In this document: positions 60,751-64,000 of the stretch, one piece after another | Position numbering within the stretch: position 1 is the first letter of the stretch | Layout of the letters: every line of letters begins with the position of its first letter | Assembly (NCBI GenBank): GCA_965261345.1 | Contig: OZ253449.1 | Location: forward strand, 288,001 to 352,000 | DNA length: 64,000 nucleotides | Direction: 5' to 3' | Source of the DNA: Chloroflexota bacterium | GTDB lineage: Bacteria; Chloroflexota; UBA11872; VXNJ01 | The notes under the pieces: generated by a model | Databases searched by the model: none | What the model saw: the letters and a program-made list of their open reading frames with translations, nothing else | What the model was told of the DNA's origin: nothing | Program-made: the position numbers and the translations under genes

Positions 60751-63725
60751 CCACCGATACGAGCGAGCTTGGCCTTGAACGCCTGATCGTCGAGGCGATG
60801 ACGTGCGTCACACGCTCTCCCAACGGTGAGGTAGCCGGGACGCCCAATACGGACGGTGAGAGGCGCTGGATCGAGGGCAGCCCAAGTGACTACGACCGCG
60901 AGCATGCGATCGACCTGGTCCAATTCGCCGCGTTTCTCCGGGAGACCCAGCCCGATATTGCAACGGCACTCGACCTTGAGCAAGACGGGCCGACCCGGCG
61001 GAACTTCCTGGCGCGCCTGCAGGGCGAGGTCACAAAGCGCGGCACGATCGACGTGCTGCGCGCCGGCGTAAAGCACCGCCAGCACAATCTCGATCTTTTC
61101 TACGGGACGCCCAGCCCCGGGAACACGGCCGCCGCGGAGCGCTTCGCACTCAACCGTTTCACTGTTACAAGGCAGCTTCGCTACAGCAATGATGAGACGC
61201 AGCTCGCGCTTGACCTCGTTACCTTCATCAACGGGCTTCCGATATTCACGTTCGAGCTGAAGAACAATCTAACCAAGCAGACCGTGGCCGATGCGGTGCA
61301 GCAGTACCAGCGCGACCGCAACCCACGCGAATTGCTGTTCCAGCTGGGGCGGTGCGTCGCCCACTTCGCCGTAGACGACCAGGAGGTGCGGTTCTGCACG
61401 CACCTCACCGGCAAGGACTCCTGGTTCCTACCGTTCAATCGAGGCTGGAATGACGGAGCTGGTAACCCGCCGAACCCGAACGGAATCAAGACTGAATACT
61501 TGTGGAACCAGATCCTTTCGCCATCGGGACTCACCAACATCCTTGAGCGTTACGCTCAGGTGGTCGAGGAGCGAGACGACAAGACTGGCAAGAGGAAGCG
61601 GGTCCAGATCTTTCCGCGCTACCACCAACTCGCCGTGGTGCGGAAGCTACTTGCGGCGGCCGAGGAGCACGGAGCAGGGAAGCGCTATCTCGTGCAGCAT
61701 TCCGCTGGCAGCGGCAAAAGCAACTCCATCGCCTGGCTCGCCCACCAGGTCGTCGGGCTCGAACGCAGAGGCACACGGGTGTTCGATTCGGTAGTAGTTG
61801 TCACCGATCGCCGCATCCTCGACAGGCAGATCCGCGACACCATCAAACAGTTTGCCCAGGTCAGCGCCACGCTCGGCCACGCCAATCGTTCGGGCGATCT
61901 TCGTCGCTTCATCGAGGACGGTAAGAAGATCATCATCACGACCGTCCAGAAATTCCCGTTCGTGCTCGACGACATCGGAACGACGCACGCCGGCCGCAAC
62001 TTCGCAATCATCATCGACGAAGCCCATTCCAGCCAGGGTGGGAAGACCGCCGGGGCGATGAGCCGGGCACTTTTGGGTGCGGCCACCGACGACGACGAAA
62101 CGACCGAGGACATCATCAATCGACTGATGGAGTCGCGGCAGATGCTCCCCAACGCGAGCTATTTCGCGTTCACGGCCACGCCCAAGAACAAGACGCTGGA
62201 GATCTTCGGCGAGCGGTCGGAGAAAGCTGGTGAGCCCAAGTACCGGCCTTTCCACAGTTACACGATGAAGCAGGCGATCCAAGAAGGCTTCATCCTCGAC
62301 GTGCTCAAGTACTACACGCCGGTGAACAGCTACTACCGTCTCATAAAGACCGTGGAGATCGATCCGAAGTTCGACACGAAGCGCGCACACAAAAAACTCC
62401 GCCTATATGTCGAGGGCCACGAACATGCGATCCGACTCAAAGCAGAAATCATGGTCGATCACTTCCATGAGCAGGTGAGCGGCCTCAACAAAATCGGCGG
62501 CCAAGCTCGCGCGATGGTGGTAACCGGCGGCGTTGAACGCGCAATCCAGTACTTCCACCAAATCCGGAGCTATTTGCGAGAGCGCAAGAGCCCGTACGAG
62601 GCGATCGTCGCTTTCTCTGGCGAACACGAGTACCACAGCAGCATGGTCACTGAAGCGTCTCTCAACGGATTCCCGTCGAATGCTATCCCCGACAAGATTC
62701 AAGAGCACCCCTACCGGTTCCTGATCGCCGCCGACAAGTTCCAGACCGGCTACGACGAGCCGCTTCTCCACACGATGTACGTTGACAAGCCGCTGTCCGG
62801 CGTCAAGGCGGTTCAGACGCTCTCGCGCCTCAATCGCGCGCACCCCAAAAAGCACGACGCGTTCGTTCTCGATTTCTTGAACGATAGCGACAGCATCGAA
62901 CTCGCGTTCTCGGACTATTACCGGACGACGATCCTTAGCGGCGAGACCGACGCCAACAAACTACACGACCTCGTGGCTGCGCTCGCCGGTGCGGAAACCT
63001 ATTCCGAAGACCAGGTCAATGAGTTCGTGACGCGGTATCTCGCAGGTGCGGACGTAGAGCAACTGCACCCGATCCTCGACGCATGCGTTGCACGTTACAA
63101 GGAAGATCTCGACGAAGACGGGCAGGTCGGATTTAAGGGGAACGCGAAGGCTTTCACCCGAACGTATGGATTCCTATCCGCGATCTTGCCTTACACGAAC
63201 CCAGAGTGGGAAAAGTTGTCCATCTTCCTCAACTTCCTGATCCCGAAACTACCCGCACCGGAGGAGGACGACCTTTCGAAAGGCATTCTCGAGACGATAG
63301 ATATGGGCAGCTATCGCGTCGAAAAGCAGGCTGCGATCGCGATCCAGATTGCGGACTCCGATGCCGAGATCGACCCGGTGCCGACGAGTGTGGGTGGCGG
63401 CAAGCCCGAGCCAGAACTTGACCGACTCTCGAACATCGTTGCCGTGTTCAACGACGAATTTGGTGACATTTCTTGGGAGGATGCCGACCGAGTCCGCCAA
63501 TTGATCACCAAGGAGATCCCCGAACGTGTGGCGGCGGACACGGCTTTTCAGCACGCCAGAGCCAATTCAGACAAGCAGAACGCGCGGATCGAACATGACA
63601 AGGCCCTCGGGCGCGTCGTCCTCGACCTGATGAAGGACAACACGCAGCTCTTTAAGCAGTTCAGCGACAACGAGCAATTTAAGCGTTGGCTCGGTACAAC
63701 GGTGTTCGCCCTAACCTGCTCCTGA
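60747..63725 (+). CDS. hsdR: Type I restriction endonuclease/translocase subunit
   Basis: D-x-ELK nuclease motif, HSAGSGKS Walker A, IIDEAHSSQ, FTATPK, KFQTGYDEP, QTLSRLNR. Confidence 0.95.
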   Translation: MTTDTSELGLERLIVEAMTCVTRSPNGEVAGTPNTDGERRWIEGSPSDYDREHAIDLVQFAAFLRETQPDIATALDLEQDGPTRRNFLARLQGEVTKRGTIDVLRAGVKHRQHNLDLFYGTPSPGNTAAAERFALNRFTVTRQLRYSNDETQLALDLVTFINGLPIFTFELKNNLTKQTVADAVQQYQRDRNPRELLFQLGRCVAHFAVDDQEVRFCTHLTGKDSWFLPFNRGWNDGAGNPPNPNGIKTEYLWNQILSPSGLTNILERYAQVVEERDDKTGKRKRVQIFPRYHQLAVVRKLLAAAEEHGAGKRYLVQHSAGSGKSNSIAWLAHQVVGLERRGTRVFDSVVVVTDRRILDRQIRDTIKQFAQVSATLGHANRSGDLRRFIEDGKKIIITTVQKFPFVLDDIGTTHAGRNFAIIIDEAHSSQGGKTAGAMSRALLGAATDDDETTEDIINRLMESRQMLPNASYFAFTATPKNKTLEIFGERSEKAGEPKYRPFHSYTMKQAIQEGFILDVLKYYTPVNSYYRLIKTVEIDPKFDTKRAHKKLRLYVEGHEHAIRLKAEIMVDHFHEQVSGLNKIGGQARAMVVTGGVERAIQYFHQIRSYLRERKSPYEAIVAFSGEHEYHSSMVTEASLNGFPSNAIPDKIQEHPYRFLIAADKFQTGYDEPLLHTMYVDKPLSGVKAVQTLSRLNRAHPKKHDAFVLDFLNDSDSIELAFSDYYRTTILSGETDANKLHDLVAALAGAETYSEDQVNEFVTRYLAGADVEQLHPILDACVARYKEDLDEDGQVGFKGNAKAFTRTYGFLSAILPYTNPEWEKLSIFLNFLIPKLPAPEEDDLSKGILETIDMGSYRVEKQAAIAIQIADSDAEIDPVPTSVGGGKPEPELDRLSNIVAVFNDEFGDISWEDADRVRQLITKEIPERVAADTAFQHARANSDKQNARIEHDKALGRVVLDLMKDNTQLFKQFSDNEQFKRWLGTTVFALTCS

Positions 63726-63905
63726 GGCTCATGTTCCGTGCTTGGGCGAATTTCTCGACCACAGGGCTTTGTGGCGCCGCCTCCGGCGGACCTTTAGCAA
63801 TTCCATAGCGGCGGTACGCGCACGGATCGGAGAACATGCAGCCCTGGATTGCGACGTGCCCTCAAAGTTGGTACAACGGTGTCCAATTCGGGTCCCCATC
63901 GCGCA

Positions 63906-63995
63906 TTTGTCGCTCTTGGTCGCCCGCACGTAGCGGCCCCGAAAAGCGGTCAGCAGCTCCTTCCGCGCCGCCCGGCTCAGCTTCTTGCCTGCCAT
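63906..63995 (-). pseudogene. N-terminal stub of an integrase-core (ISNCY-like) transposase
   Basis: MAGKKLSRAARKELLTAFRGRYVRATKSDK resembles the N-termini of such transposases, which continue with ILDEF..GYHRK. Similarity stops abruptly here. Confidence 0.5.
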
Positions 63996-64000
63996 CGGTT

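Overview
GC-rich bacterial chromosomal window. The gene content is loosely reminiscent of Chloroflexota/SAR202-like or host-associated lineages (inference only). It is mostly a mosaic of catabolic and transport genes: alpha-E/transglutaminase tail, CE15 esterase, luciferase-like monooxygenase plus alpha/beta-fold partner, alpha-carbonic anhydrase, esterases, CocE/NonD hydrolase, SLC13 and CDF transporters, arylsulfotransferase, methyltransferases, xdhAB, two orphan sugar-ABC permease paralogs, a complete Opp/Dpp-type ABC operon, and a PhyH dioxygenase with a small partner gene. Housekeeping genes are panB-panC, lipB and aceE-aceF-lpdA. Accessory DNA comprises a complete IS256-family element with inverted repeats and an 8-bp target duplication, a type I restriction-modification operon (hsdMSR) and a transposase stub at the right edge. 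The most notable signal is a pair of NCS2/SLC23-type permeases with altered substrate-binding motifs, each fused to a C-terminal domain resembling a degenerate RsbW/SpoIIAB-type GHKL fold (candidate transceptors). Other leads: an SD-sequestering hairpin before xdhA, a nucleophile-less alpha/beta-fold protein coupled to the monooxygenase, an 11-residue-repeat mini-protein and a 26-bp direct repeat. No rRNA, tRNA or CRISPR-cas system was recognised. All family assignments are by eye from motifs; no searches were run.
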